DNA from: the human T2T-CHM13v2.0 reference genome, Homo sapiens
Length of the DNA stretch: 64,000 bases
Reading direction: 5' to 3' (one strand)
NCBI RefSeq assembly: GCF_009914755.1
Contig: NC_060933.1
This document shows positions 46,951 through 60,650 of the stretch, one piece after another (positions within the stretch are counted from its first letter, which is position 1; every line of letters begins with the position of its first letter). The notes beneath the pieces were generated by a model, which saw only the letters and a program-made list of their open reading frames with translations, was not told where the DNA came from and ran no database searches. The position numbers were made by a program, and so were the translations under genes.

Positions 46951-49900
46951 GTAGAGTTGGGGAACTTGACATCATTTGGCAGGGGAGCATATTGGATGCA
47001 CTCAACTGGAGTCTCCAAAAAGCGGGTAATATAAATAACTTTTAAAAGCTTCCAAGGAATACCGATTGCCAATTTATGTAGATAAATTCTAAAATCACAA
47101 TTCTTAGCCTTAAATTATAATGCCTTCTTCTTCCTGCCAATGGGTAAAAAACACCATATATATAGGTTTAAACTTCTAAGTGTTTTTCAAGTATTTTAAG
47201 AAGCATTTAACATTACATTTAGAGAAAATCAAATTATTTCCATTCTTCCTAGAGGAGTGAAGTATGTAGACTGTTTGCTGAAACATATTCATTGCATGTT
47301 TTACAATGTAAGTGTTGAATATAAAATTTTACTACTCATTCTGTAATAAAAACTTGGGAGAAAATCAGGGTTATTTCTGTTTTACTTTATATAAGGCAGT
47401 AAATAAAGTTGAAAATGTTTAAAATCCCCTAATTGTATTACTTCTTGACCGTATTTTATTTTTTGGCTTCAGCAATAGGGCAAATATAATGAAGAAAAAC
47501 ATTTCCTAATGTGGTTTCTAAATTCGCACCTGGACTCAGGAACTCCCTGATACAAACCCATATTGATTAGCTAAACTTCGCCAGTAGCAGAACATGGCTG
47601 GCTGCTGCTATTCTGCCTCTACTCACAGCATCTGCTAGCATCTTGCACAAGGAGTCTGATCATTTTCCTTTTGTTATTTTGTTTTCTGTGAGGTCCGCAA
47701 AATCATCCTGTTGTCACAATCTCTATTGGAACTCCAGGATACAAAACTGAGAAATAGACTTATTTGAACATGAGGCCTGTGCCGTTTGGGGTACCACCAC
47801 TTCTTTCGTTGACTGGTCGATTTACTATATTGTAAGGGAAAGTGCTGTACAAGCAACTGCAATTTGAAAGGAAGGCTTTTATCTATTGGCAAGACCTGAG
47901 TACATTTATATACCTTCACATAGTACTTACTCCCTGAGCCCAGAAAATTCAAGGAGAAATTTCTAGATTCACACATATTTCGTTGTCCTTACCCACTAGA
48001 AATCCCATCCATGAAACAAATGGCCAGAGCTGTTTATGTGCTGCACAGGACTGGGGAACTTTATTTTAATTTTTTGAGCAGACACATAGCCTTTAACATA
48101 GAGTTCTCTGAAATGGAACAAGACTCTCCGTTCTTTCCTTTGGGATGCCTGCCCTTCTATTCTGTATTCATAAGAAGACTTGATTTAACCAGGATGACAC
48201 AAATGAGAACTCTTTTAGAAGCAGTTTTTTTTTTCCTTAGGTATATAAGCAGGTTGTATTTTGTAACTAGGATTTTTTTCCTTGCCACCTTCACCAATTT
48301 TGTAAGATGAGGCATATGCTAGAAAATATATTGATATTAGATACGTTAAAAAAAAAGTTCCATTCATATCCTGAAGTCAATTCTGTCTCCAATATATTTT
48401 GCAAGTTTCACTCTTATGAAGCAGCTCAGACACCACTGAATGATGACATTCTAAATACCACGCTCAACTGAATATAAAAATAAAGAAGCAGAGAATTTTT
48501 AGTCTGTCCAACAGCTTCTTTGTAGCCAATATTCATTCAATATTTATGTTTCTAGGGCCTATTGTATTGCAGAAAAACATGGAAGATTGCTTTTAAGTTG
48601 AGGACTAGGATTAAAGGTTAGGAATTATGAAGAGAAATATCTTCACTCAATATAAAAGAGAAATGTTTAATGCAACATGAAAATAACACTGGACTTTGGG
48701 TCTAAAAATGTTATTTATTTATTTATACTTAGCTAAAAGGCATTTCTCAAGTTTTCTGAGTTCTTCTAACCTGAATTTCTTCATCATTTTGTCCCAGAAT
48801 GCAGTTGGGAGAATCAACTTTGGTACTTTCAAAATGTCAACTTCATATTTAATATAAATTTTATTAGCTTTAAAATACGAAACTATTGTATAATAAATAT
48901 TAACTTTAACATTGTATAGTATAATATTAAATGGATTACTATATAATACTCAATAGATAGAATTTAACAACTATGAGCATATGTATGTATATATGATTTA
49001 TATTATGTTTGTGTGTGTAAATATCTATCTATCTGTCTATCTACAAATAGATAAGGCCCTCCAAGAGCAAAAGAGCAACATGTCACTGGAAATGCTTCAG
49101 CAAGAGTGGATTCATACCTACCAAAAATTTTATTAGTGATAGGTTAATATGTTATGCTTCCACTTTTCATGATAATTCATAGCTGTAGGAAAAGATGAAT
49201 GGAGAGGAAAAGAATGGTATGTTTATGTGGTGGGAAGTTCTGGCTCTAAGGTCTGAGGTCAAGAGACTGATATTAATATACAGTTTTTGCAATATTATAA
49301 TTGTGGGCCCTGGGCATATTACCTCACATCTTTAAGCCTGTTTCCTCATTTGTAAAATGAAGACCTATTAAAGTACTTATTCATAGAGTGTTGAAATGAT
49401 TAAAGAGAAATGAATAGGGTTTTTAATTGCATGCAAATATTACATATCTCATGGAATCTGCAGGAATGCTAAAGAATCAGTCTTGGATGCTATACAGAAA
49501 AGAACAATGACGCCAGAAGCAATGTAGTCAGGGGAAAGGCAAGATACCACACCAGCGCTGCCACCTCACAAAGTGTCTGTGCTGCTAGGAACTGTGTGCT
49601 AGAAACTCCATTACAGAGGAACAATAACTTTTGAAATACATAAGAAACTTGTGCTGAGGACCTGTTTTCTAAGCTACACACTGGTGACTTGTTCCTTACT
49701 CTTCTGTCTAGGGGAAAGTCCCCAGACCTACGTCAGAGAGTACCATGTGGCTACACAAATTGACATTCCCATTTTCCATATAAAGTCTACAGGAAGCTAA
49801 TAGGCATAGCAGGAGCAGCATGGTGAAGGGGCGTCCCATTCAGCTCTTCTAGTTACAAAGGCAGTGCACCTTCCCACATGCACCAACTACACAGGGCTTG

Positions 49901-50311
49901 TTCTCAGTGTGGCTGCTTAAAATTAATCATCATCATCATCATAAAATAAATTATATAATAGCTGTCAAGTACTTTCAACATGCTGTGCCATTTCCAAAAT
50001 AATTTTTTCAATATATGTATTATAATTCCTTTGTGAACAATAAGGGAAAGAGCCTCAGATAGGAAAAGCACTTACCGCAAGTTTCTTTGTCTGGTAAATA
50101 ACTGAGTTGAGCTTCCACATATACCCATAAAAATAATTTAGTTGGAGAGATAATTCATCATAGGTTTTATAATTAAGTTTGAATAGATCATGCTGTCATT
50201 TCATCATTCAGTATTTATTTAGGGCAATATGAAAAGTAGAAATAGAGCAATACAAATATTTCTCCATCTTCTGAGACTAATGAGAGAATGAAAAAATATC
50301 TGAATTATTTT

Positions 50312-50786
50312 TGATGAAGGGCAGGTGAACTCCCAAATTGGGGCTTAGACCAAGAGGGTTCTTGGCTTCACCCAGAAAAGAATTCAAGGACAAGCTAGTA
50401 GTGTTAGACAGCAACTTTTCCTGAAGTGGCAGTGTACAACAGCAGCAGAGGTATTGCTACTTCCAGAGAAAGACTACCACATGGGCAGTGTGCCCATAGT
50501 TGCAGCTCAAAGTCACTTCTGCAGTCATATTTATACCTACTCTTAATTACATGCAAATTAAGGGGTGGATTATGCTGAAATTTCTAGAAAACAGTAGTAG
50601 CTTCAGGTCATCACCATAGAAAGGGGTGGTAACTTCTAGGTATTGCCATGGCAATGGTAAACTGAGCTGGCACATTAGTGGGCCTGTCTTATGGAAAGTT
50701 GCTTCTGCCCTGTCCCTGTTTTAGAAAGTCCTCAATTTTGTCCAGGTGTATGAGCCCCGTCTTCAGAGTCTAGTCCTGCCTCCTCA
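50312..50786 (-). mobile_element. ERV1 solo LTR (MER66-like)
   Basis: GGTGAACTCCCAAATTGGGGCTTAG, GGGTTCTTGGCTTC, terminal AGTCCTGCCTCCTCA. Confidence 0.8.
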
Positions 50787-50899
50787 CTTGACCTCTTCAG
50801 AGGAACTCTCCTTTCAAAAGAAGATTCATTGCCCATGAGCCTTGTTTCTTGGTGTCAGATCATTCACCCACTTTGTGTTATTTTTCATATATATAGTCT

Positions 50900-51766
50900 G
50901 CTTAAAAGGAAGACGCTGAGACAAACTTAAGTAGAGGATTTATTTGGGCCAAGTTGAAGACTGAAACCTGAGAGCACGGATTCAAATTTCCTTGAATATA
51001 CACTTTGATTAGCAGCCATTACAAGTGAACTTTTAAAGGAAAAGGAAAAGCAATTCCTAAGTTGTCTACCAGGAATTTACACTTAAATAACGTAAGCTGT
51101 TGATCGGCTATAGATTGTTCTTTGTATCACAGTTTCCAGAAACATGATGTTAAATAATAGCTACCAGGCTTGGTAGTTGGCAGAAAGGCTAGCCCAGATT
51201 GTAAGGCAGCCAAGAAAAGAAAGTTTCCAGTGGGAATTAAAGATGTTTTATCTTCAAAGACGGGAAAGACAGGTTGGGTTTTATGCCTCACAGGGCCAAT
51301 ATCATACATAGTCAGCAGATTTGAGGGGAAAAAAAGGTGTACATACTTGTGAGGGGAGCACAGCACATGTTCAATGGTAAACATGTATGTAACATACATA
51401 CCATGTTCACTTAGGGGTATTCTCAGTATTAAATGGATGCAATTTGACTTTTTAGGTCAAAAGGTGAACTATAGGACACAGAGACAATTTGTGTCTAGAC
51501 TCCATAAGCTGACTAAAACTGACAAGGTTTGCAACAGTTTATCAGAAAAGAAGGTTTATAAGGCAGCTTCTCTGTCCAAACAGAGTTGTAGTTGTCTGGG
51601 TTATAGACTGGAGCTGATAGCTCCTAGAGTTTAGTTGTAGGAATTTAGAAAGTTGCCATGCCAGCCAGGCCTGAAACCTCCACCAGTGTGTTAGGTAATT
51701 TTGTTTCCTTAACCTTTGGTTTCACCTTAGTTGATTAAGTGGTGTCTATTTTGGTCTCTTAAGTCA
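50900..51766 (-). mobile_element. ERV1 (MER4-group) LTR sequence, possibly two LTRs (MER57-like plus MER67-like)
   Basis: TTTATTTGGGCCAAG poly(A)-signal region; terminal CTTAGTTGATTAAGTGGTGTCTATTTTGGTCTCTTAAGTCA. Confidence 0.65.
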
Positions 51767-52148
51767 TTGTGTTATGTGTATGTATATGTGTGTGTGTGTT
51801 TGTGTGTGTGTGTATGTGTACGTATATATATTTTGTGAGCTTGTTTCAAGCAGCACAAGGATAAGAACTCTCTCTTTTTTCCAGTTATATTCCCAGTGCC
51901 TAGTACATTTAATAAATATTTACCAGATAAATGACAATACAGGATCATTATTGCTATAATAGAAACATGAACAAGCAAGCCATGGAGGCAGAGAAAATAC
52001 TTTGTGTTGGTGGTTCCAGGAATTTTTCCAAGAAAAGGTGATATATAAGCAACATTTTGGATGATAAATGGGAGTTGTCAAAGTAAAGAAGTGTGAACAG
52101 GAAGAATTCACTTTTTCTTTCTGATATTAGGAATTAGAGAAGGCTCTT

Positions 52149-52686
52149 TGAGGACAGCACAAATCACCTGGTTGCCATCAAGCAGACCATCCAGAGGCAA
52201 AAATTTTTATCTGAGGAATTTAGAATTAATTAGACTCCCTATTATCTAATGCTGGCATCTGGTATCAGGCTTTAAAAATATGTGTGTGTGTTTGTATAAA
52301 TAAAAAAAAAAAAATATATATATGTATATGTATATCCAGAATTGCTATACATCTCTGGAATGCATGCATGTGACAACTCATTGTGCAACCCTTGTTAAGG
52401 CACCAAAATATCTACAAATATAGCCATTTATTATAACCTATGTGACTAATATGTTTAAATTTACTTTAAATTCCCGCTTTAAGGTCCATGAATATTCCTA
52501 AGAACAAATCCACTGTACCACACTCCGTCCTCTCTTGCTGAGGCACCACACTGCACTCTTCTGCAGTGTTCTATCTACTAAAACTTTCCTTTTCAAACCT
52601 ATACTGTTATTGGTAAATTATTATTACCATACTACCCGACCACTTTGTGATGCTGGGGCTCTGACACCTCACCTGCATTCTTGACA
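52149..52686 (+). mobile_element. ERV1 (MER4-group) solo LTR (MER65/MER67-like)
   Basis: AAATCACCTGGTTGCCATCAAGCAG..TTATCTGAGGAATTTAGAA; AAAACTTTCCTTTTCAAACCTATACTGT. Confidence 0.7.
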
Positions 52687-52981
52687 CCAGACAAAAAGGA
52701 GTTAAGGACAGCAAGGAAGAAGTGAAAGGAGGCCCACATGTCAGAGCCTTATTTTTCCTAATTTCAGAATTTTCCCAGAGCTGATCCTTTGGAAAGTACC
52801 CTTGGATATGGAGGGCAGTGGGGTTGAAAGGGTTAGGTGTTTTTGCCTGAACAGACTGCCTTCTAACTGTCAATCATAAGTCCTACCTGAAATAATAATA
52901 AACAGGCAGAGGGCAGAAATGTGTCCTGCTGTCTTACAGCCAGGGGCATTGATTTCACTCATTCTAAATACTGTTATACTT

Positions 52982-53444
52982 TGTTAAATAAATTTTATAT
53001 GAGGCCATTCGTTTGGACTGAGTTCCTCCATTATGCCCAACAGGCCAAACCAAAATGAAATTACTCATGCTTAAGTTCCATGCCAGCAAGCCAAAACTAT
53101 GTTGTCTGTCTGACCTTCTGAGAAATGAGGAAAGAGAGAGAGAGAAAGAGGATGAGACAGAGAACAGCTTAAACCCCTTGCAGCCAGTTTTAGCCAATAT
53201 GATGAGAAAGTCCCTTCTGCTCTAGCCTTTATAAGAAAAATAACTTTGAAATGATAAACCTACTTTTTTTTTTCTCTGTTTCTGCTTTCCTCAGCCCTTT
53301 CTGTCTATAAAGCCAGTCTGCCCTGCACAGCTCATCAGAACACTCATTGTATTTTATAAAATGAAGTGTTGCCTGATTCTAGAATTGCAAACAAAAGCCA
53401 TTTACGATCTGTAAACTAAATTTGCTGTAAGTTTGTCTTTGAGA
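52982..53444 (+). mobile_element. ERV1 solo LTR (MER57-family)
   Basis: TGTTAAATAAATTTTATATGAGGCCATT..GGACTGAG start; CTATAAAGCC TATA; AAACTAAATTTGCTGTAA end. Confidence 0.8.
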
Positions 53445-53503
53445 AAGCATAGTGGTTAATACATAACAATTTTTATTAATCCTCTGTTAATCACTTTAGA
53501 TAG

Positions 53504-53851
<348 letters not shown>

Positions 53852-54219
53852 TAGATAAACTTTTTAAAACAAGTAGCTAAAGTTTCATTACTCTTTTTTT
53901 TTTTTCTGGTGTTACTTAGAAACCAAACATGCAAAAGAAATGAATTTTCTACATCCAACCTTAACATGTTAGAAAAAGAAAAAGGGGATTCAGATAAGTG
54001 GAGGTGAAGATAAATCAAGATGCTGTTACTCATTTTACTTTCTAGAATCCATTACATTCATGAATTCAAATGGAATCCTTTATTTAAAGGACTTGGTTTT
54101 CCTTTTTTTACTTTTCTTTTCCATAACCAAACTTTAAATTTCCATGACAAAATCTGTAACTGGAAGTCTAGCTTGCAAATAAGAGCTGCTTTCTACTGTA
54201 ATTTCCATGAAAACTAAGA

Positions 54220-54340
54220 AAAGTCTGTGGAGATTTCTCAAAATGCATATACAGATTTTTGTTGTTGTTGTTTTGGAAATAAAGTCTGTGGAGATTTCTC
54301 AAAATGTATACACAGGTTTGTTTGTTTGTTTGTTTGTTTT
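54220..54340. repeat. Two-copy tandem duplication, period 61 bp
   Basis: AAAGTCTGTGGAGATTTCTCAAAATG repeated at 54220 and 54281. Confidence 0.93.
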
Positions 54341-56802
54341 ATTAACCTTCTGTGTATAGTTTGTAGAATACTTAAAAAAGGAAAATAAAAGATTTTAAAA
54401 TAATTGTTAATAAAGTTAAAGTCACACTTCCCATTGATTCATGGACTGTTCTAGCTGAATGAAACATTAAAGATGAAAATCCATTTCTTTAGTTGACATG
54501 TGAGGATTGGGGCCCTGCAAGGCAAAGTAAGCTTAAGGAACTAGGATTAAAGTAAGAGATTTGGGCTAAAACTCAGTGCTCCCGTGCATTTCTACCTTAT
54601 GGACTAATGATTATCCTCCAGTATTGTATTCTGGGGTAGGCGAGAGTGCAAATTGCCCTATGGAGTGGTACAAAAGAGTACAGACATTTTCATCCGGTGA
54701 TCTCTTCCTTATCATCACTTGGCCTCATTTTGACACAAAATAGTAAAGAATATGCTTCTTTTCCTAGAGGATAGTTGTGAGAATTAAATGATACCATGTA
54801 GGTAGAGGGCTCATCCCAGTGCATGGCAGATAATGAGAGATCAGTACATGCATCTATTATTTTTTAAAAATCCACAAAAATAAAAAAAACCTGTGTTGAC
54901 CTTCATCATCATTATATATATTAAATTAACTTATGCTTCCTAGCCCAAAAGAATATTCAAATAAATGTACCAACCATAAAATTAATTAATCTCTAACCAA
55001 AGAAGGGAATTAGAGAACACGAAGGGAAGAAAAACAGTATCTGAGAGATTGCACTCAACGTTTCTCAGTGGTTTTGAGGAATATGGAGTGGATAAAGCAA
55101 AATGGCCAGGACCATGAGATTTCCTACCTGTCTTATACTGTGAGAATAAATGGCTGCATAGCTTTGATATGGATATTTAGGAAACTCAACACATTGGGGT
55201 TCACTGAAATTTCCCAATCATTTCTCTTCTCACTGTTCTCAATAAGTTGCTGTGGTAGTTTTATTTATTCTTGTTTATTGTCTGTTATCCGCAGACTAAA
55301 AAATATCCTCAAAGTAAACATAATCCTCTCAATCACCATGCAAACTATATAAAGTTGCAATTATTTTGTTAAAATTCTACTGAAATTAAAATCAACAACA
55401 AACTTAAACATACTGTGACTACTAATGGGAAAAGTGACTGCAGTTACTGACTTTGATGCTGAGTTGAGAGCGGGGTGATAGGATATAAAGCACATAGAAA
55501 TAGTTGAGAATCAAAAAATATGTCAAAAAAAACCAACCAACCAAACCAAACCAAAACCAAAATCTCCTTCACCTAGCAATAATGATTTTTTTTTTTTTGC
55601 AACATTTTCAAAGTACTTTTTTAAATCTGTCATTCTATCTAATTTAAACTGTGTTAGACCTCTGGCATCATCATTATCATGAAGAAGTTTAAGAGTCAAG
55701 TATAAAGTTCTTTGGAGGGTTACTGGAAAACTAAGCACAAGGATGCAGGTTTCTGAGCTCAGATTTTTCCCCCCATTTATAGTACGTAAGCACTCCGTAG
55801 CATAAATTGGGCTATAGCTGGGTCTAGAGATGGCAGCTATTCATCCAAATCCAGGGCTATACTTAACATGTGTTGTTGTTTAAAATGGAGAGTGAGAAGA
55901 AGAGAGATTTCTCTAGAAAAAGGACAAAGTAGAAACAAACTTTTAGACAATTGTAGTTCCAGGGAACATGGCTAGGAAAATGAAGGATGCCTTTGTGTGA
56001 AGAAGAAGTCATATTTTCCACCAGGTAGATGTGGTCTATAGGCCAAGATCAAAGCTTGGGTAGTGGGTTTCAGCTGCCGCTGACCCTTTTGCTGACATTT
56101 TGTGCAATGCACAGTCAGCAGATGGGCTTGTTCTCTTCTACCATGCATTTCCTGTCCTTGACATCTTATTTTTTTAAAAAAAAACATCTCTCAGATGTCA
56201 GAGAAAGGAAAACAACTCCAGGGCTAGTGTAAGAGTTAAGTGAAGACAGAAAAGTCAGTTGTCTGACTTTTGCTGAAACTGAAGCATTTCAGTAAGTTAA
56301 TGATTTAAAGATCTATTTTTTTCTGAATTTAGATCATGTTTGGTGATCATAAGGCCTACTAGTAGAATAGGGCTTGTTTCTGGTTCATTTTCAAAGGTTG
56401 GACTCACCAACAGGAAAGACTACATGTCATGTGACATGGCGGACAAAGGAAAACCTGACTATCCCAACATGTTTTACCAGAATTTTCTGCAATGTCACTT
56501 TCAAGTTGGTCTTATTTAAAATGAAGATGCCTTATCTGGGAAGCAGGTGACCGACATGATTTTTGATAAATAAACAATTATTCAGAAAATTCAGCTTTTG
56601 TGGTGCATAGACATAAATCCAGGGCATATATAGACTTCACTGGAATCTATTTTTCTTTTGTTAATGTCAGTGTTAAGACCTTAGTTTTATGGAAAAAAAA
56701 TCAACTATAGTTATATGCATGCTGTAAATTGAATTAGATTGATTTTGAATTACAGTTACTAATCAATCTAGTTTGATTAGTTTGTAGTTTGAGACCCAGT
56801 AG

Positions 56803-56900
56803 GCATAGATAGTTTGGGATATAAAGTAAATGATAAATTGTACTAAGAACTGCATAGATAGTTTGGGGTATAAAGTAAATGGTAAATTGTACTAAGAACT
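56803..56900. repeat. Two-copy 49-bp tandem duplication (47/49 identical)
   Basis: GCATAGATAGTTTGGG(A/G)TATAAAGTAAATG(A/G)TAAATTGTACTAAGAACT x2. Confidence 0.95.
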
Positions 56901-57348
56901 TGTTAAAAATGACAAGAAATATTTCATTCAAAACTGTTGCAACAGGGGAGCAAGGCTGAACACAATTCAGAGAAACAAAAGGCCACAGAGTTTTTAAGGG
57001 CTAAGATGAGCTAGTGGAAAGGTCTAAAAGTGGGGAGGTTGTTTAATGTTATTAGGCCATTCCCTTTTGTGAATTAGCATTTACTGAAATTAGACTGCTG
57101 CCCTCCCATAGCCACTGGGAGATAGGAGCCCTATTTTTCCTGTTGATTACATTTCAAGTGGATGACTCACAGATCCTTGAGAAAAACATTCCTGGATTGT
57201 AGAAGATGTACATTGCAAAGGGGCAGAGGAAGAATTTATAGTTGCAAGTTTTCTAAAGTATATCCTCTAAGAGAGATCAGGGGCTTACTGTCAGAAATCT
57301 ATCCAAAGTTTATTGAAGCTGAGGGGAATTTTAAGGCAATGTTGGTCA
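56870..57348 (-). mobile_element. ERV1 solo LTR (MER31-like)
   Basis: CTGGGAGATAGGAGCCCTAT, GATTACATTTCAA, TTGCAAGTTTTCTAAAGTA, GCTGAGGGGAA..TTGGTCA. Confidence 0.8.
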
Positions 57349-57471
57349 TGATTAGATTCTTTCTGATCATCACATATATGAGTGCTAGATAATAAATACA
57401 TAAAACTTTTGGAAGCAGTATTGCCTTTAAGATATGTGGTGGGAACCAAGAATATTATTGAAATTTAAAGT

Positions 57472-58271
57472 GAGGATCAGCAAATTACAGGTACAAGACA
57501 AACATGACCTGCTACCTTTTTTTTTTCTTTTATGTCCTAAATACTATCTCAAAAGAAAAAGGGCATTATTCTACATAGTCATAATACCGTGAGCCCACCT
57601 AAGAATTTTAACATCAGGAAGATCACATAATTTCTTATACAGCTTCTATTTAGGTATCCCCCAGTTATACGTACTGTTCCTTGTAGGTGCATTTTTTAGA
57701 AAGATTCTTTCATGAAGAGTTCGGTCAAACATAATAAACTAGTTCATGATGGCTACCTCTGAAGCAGGAGAGCTGAGAAATTTGAGTCTGATAGTGGAAG
57801 GGAGACTTATTTTTAGCTATGTTTTATTTTGTATTCTTTGACATTTTTAAACACGTTAAAATATTACATCTTCAATCAAAATTTTAAAAGTTAAAAAAAT
57901 TATTCAGAGATTACACATTGCCTTTAGTTATCATGTCTCTTTAGTGTCCTTTAGTTTAGAACAGTCTTTCTGCCCAACACACCTTTTTTTTTCAGAGTTC
58001 AGGCCAGTGTTATTGTAGAATGTTCTGCAGACTACATTTGTCTTATTGTTTTCTCATTAATACATTTGGGTAAAACCTGCCACTTGTTTTAAAAATAGAG
58101 TTTTACTGGGCACAGCTACACTTATTCATTTATATGTTGTCTGTTGCTATTTTCATGCTACCATGATATATAATTAAGTGAGATTCTATCATGGTACAAC
58201 AGAGATTGTATGGCCCACAAAATGTAAAACATTTACTATTTGTGACTTTATAGATAAGTTTTCTGGTCTCT
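57472..58271 (+). mobile_element. MER58A hAT-Charlie MITE split by an old L1 insertion
   Basis: 5' part 57472-57517 and 3' part 58075-58271 (GTATGGCCCACAAAA..ATTTACTATTTG). Confidence 0.75.
57518..58074 (-). mobile_element. L1MC4/5-like 3' fragment containing a nested opposite-strand L1M 3' end (~57720-57900)
   Basis: T tail, TTCTACATAGTCATAATACC, CACATTGCCTTTAGTTATCATGTCTCTTTAG; TSD-like ACCTGC(T/C)AC(C/T)T. Confidence 0.65.
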
Positions 58272-59194
58272 GGTTTGAGGATTTCATCTTTGACACAATA
58301 AGCTTTGGATTATCCATAATCAGCTAAGTGATATTCGGTAAGGCATTTAACCCTTCTGAGCAACTTTTCACTTTTACCTACCTTACCTCATAAGGTTTTG
58401 TGAAAATAAATGTGTAAATGCATCTAGCAGCTTCTAATATTGTCTAATTTATCTTATAAGGATAAATTAATCTCTAGCAAAGCGACAAACTCCCTAAAGA
58501 AGAAAACCACCTTACTAAAAGAAACAAAAATCCCCAGAGGCTTATCGAGGTCTAAAATGATGCTCAGAAGGCTCCTGCCCTGTCAACAGGGGAGATTTGT
58601 AGTATATTGCAGGTCATTCTATGTGTGGAAGTGGTGTCCAGTGTGTTTCTGGAAACGTTTCTTCTGTTAAGAGAACTCTGATTTTGTTCACTCTTTCCCT
58701 TAGAAATATGAACCCCAAAGGAGAAAGGATGTCTCCAGAACCCAAATGTGAATCTTGATTGTTTTTAGCTCATCAGGGTGTTTTAATTATTCCAGTTATA
58801 ATGCAACATATGAATGTGAAAAGAAGAAATAAAACTGAGCTCTTGATAATGTTATTGGATCAATAAATTAAGTAACTAAAAAATCCCTACCTCAAGATTT
58901 CCTGTTATCTGAGATGATAATAATTCCTCTTGGTTGCCTATATTATTTACATTCATTCTAGATTTAGCCTCTGAAAGAAAGAAATATTGAAGTTTTTATA
59001 CTTCAATATATATTAAAGAAAACTAAAACACTCTAACTTATTTCTATGATTTTTTGACATTTCATTCCTGTTTTTAATATTTCAGATGGAAAATATCAAT
59101 GTTCTTATAATTTTTCTTAACTTTGTCTTCAGATTTGTCCATTGTACCTATCCTGCAACTTATCTGCAATTTAGCTACTCTTTTTCTATTTAAC

Positions 59195-60650
59195 TGACAA
59201 TTTCATGTTGAATTACAGCATACATATAGTGCAAAAATCTTAACTATATAACTCAATGAAATTTTCTGTGACTATACCTATTTAAGCAGCTCCCAGGTAA
59301 AAATACAGAACATTACCAGCAATCCCCTAATCTACCTTCCAGTTACCGCTTCAAACTCCCACCCTAGGAATAAGCACTATTTTGACTCTACTTAGCATAG
59401 ATTAGTTTTTCCTCTCCTTGACTGGATATATGTAAAATTTAAGAAGACTTTAAAACTCTCTTTATTGTCTGGCTTTTATGAACTATACATATTGTATTTA
59501 TCAGTATATTCTTTTATTCTGTTTTATATATTCAATTGTGTGGATATACCACCATCAAGAAAAATCATTCTAATGTTTATCGGCATTTGAATTGTTTCCA
59601 TTTGAGGGCTGATGTAATTAATGATGCCAATGGCATCCTTGTATATGCCTTTTCAGGATATTTGTACACATTTCTATTAGTATATATTTATGAGTAGAAT
59701 TGCAGCATTATGGGGTATTTGTATCTCCAACTTCAATAAATACTGTCATTTTTCTAAATAGTTGTACCAATTCAAACTCTCATCATTATTACAAACAGTA
59801 TATGAAAGTGTGTGAATTCCAGTTACTGCACATCCTCATCTACAGTTGGTACTGCCAGTCATTTAATATTTATTCTGATATGTGATAGTATCTGATTATG
59901 GTGTTAATTTACATTTCCTTAATAACTAATCATGTTGAGTGTCTTTTCACATACTTATTGCAGATCAAGTACATATATATTTTTAATAGTAAAGACAGGG
60001 TCTCGCTCTGTCACCCAGGCTGAAGTGCAGTGACACATTCATAGTTCTCTGTAACCTCAAATACCTGAGTTCAAAAGATTGTTCCACCTCAGCCTCCCAA
60101 GTGGATAGGACTGCAGGTGCATGCCATAATATCTATTTTTTTATTTTTTTAAGAGACGGGATCTCACTATGTTGCCCAAGCTGGTTTCAAACTCCTGGCC
60201 TCAGCTTCCCAAAGTGCTGGAATTACAGATGTGAGCCACTGTCCCCCGCCAGAATAATTTTTATTCTAAAGACTTCGTTGAAGACTTTGATCAATCTTTT
60301 AAAATTGAGTTTTTTGTCATTTATTATTGATTTATAGAAACTGTATATTCTGGTATTAGTTCTTAATTTATTATGTGCATTTCCTAATCTTCTCCACTCT
60401 GTGACTTGCTTTTTTAGTCTCTTCATGTCAAGTTTCTTAACAAAGATTCTTAATTTGATAAAATTCCTATTATCAATTGTTTTCTTTATTCTTGGATGAT
60501 TCTGTGTGTTATTTAAAATCTTTTACTACCTTATATGAGAAATATGTTCTATTACTTTATTTTCCATAAACTTCATCATTTCACTTTTAACTCTGAGGTC
60601 TGCAGTCTTAATGAAATTTGTTTTTGTAAATAGTGTGAGGTAGGGGTTCT
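59195..60650 (-). mobile_element. Ancient L1M (MD/ME-type) 3' fragment, interrupted by AluJ
   Basis: AAAAATACAGAACATTACCAGC, GGATATACCAC, AGTGTGAGGTAGGGG motifs; peptide MKRLKKQVTEW. Confidence 0.75.
59980..60250 (-). mobile_element. AluJ (Jo-like)
   Basis: GACAGGGTCTCGCTCTGTCACCCAGG and TCTCACTATGTTGCCCA J diagnostics; diverged, with internal deletions. Confidence 0.92.

Noticed and set aside
47580-47860. CpG-containing unique stretch as a coding exon or hairpin RNA
   Set aside because: No recognisable peptide in any frame, no convincing splice pair, and the stem is short and interrupted
54220-56900. Direct repeats as a CRISPR-like array
   Set aside because: Only two-copy tandem duplications with no spacers, in eukaryotic DNA
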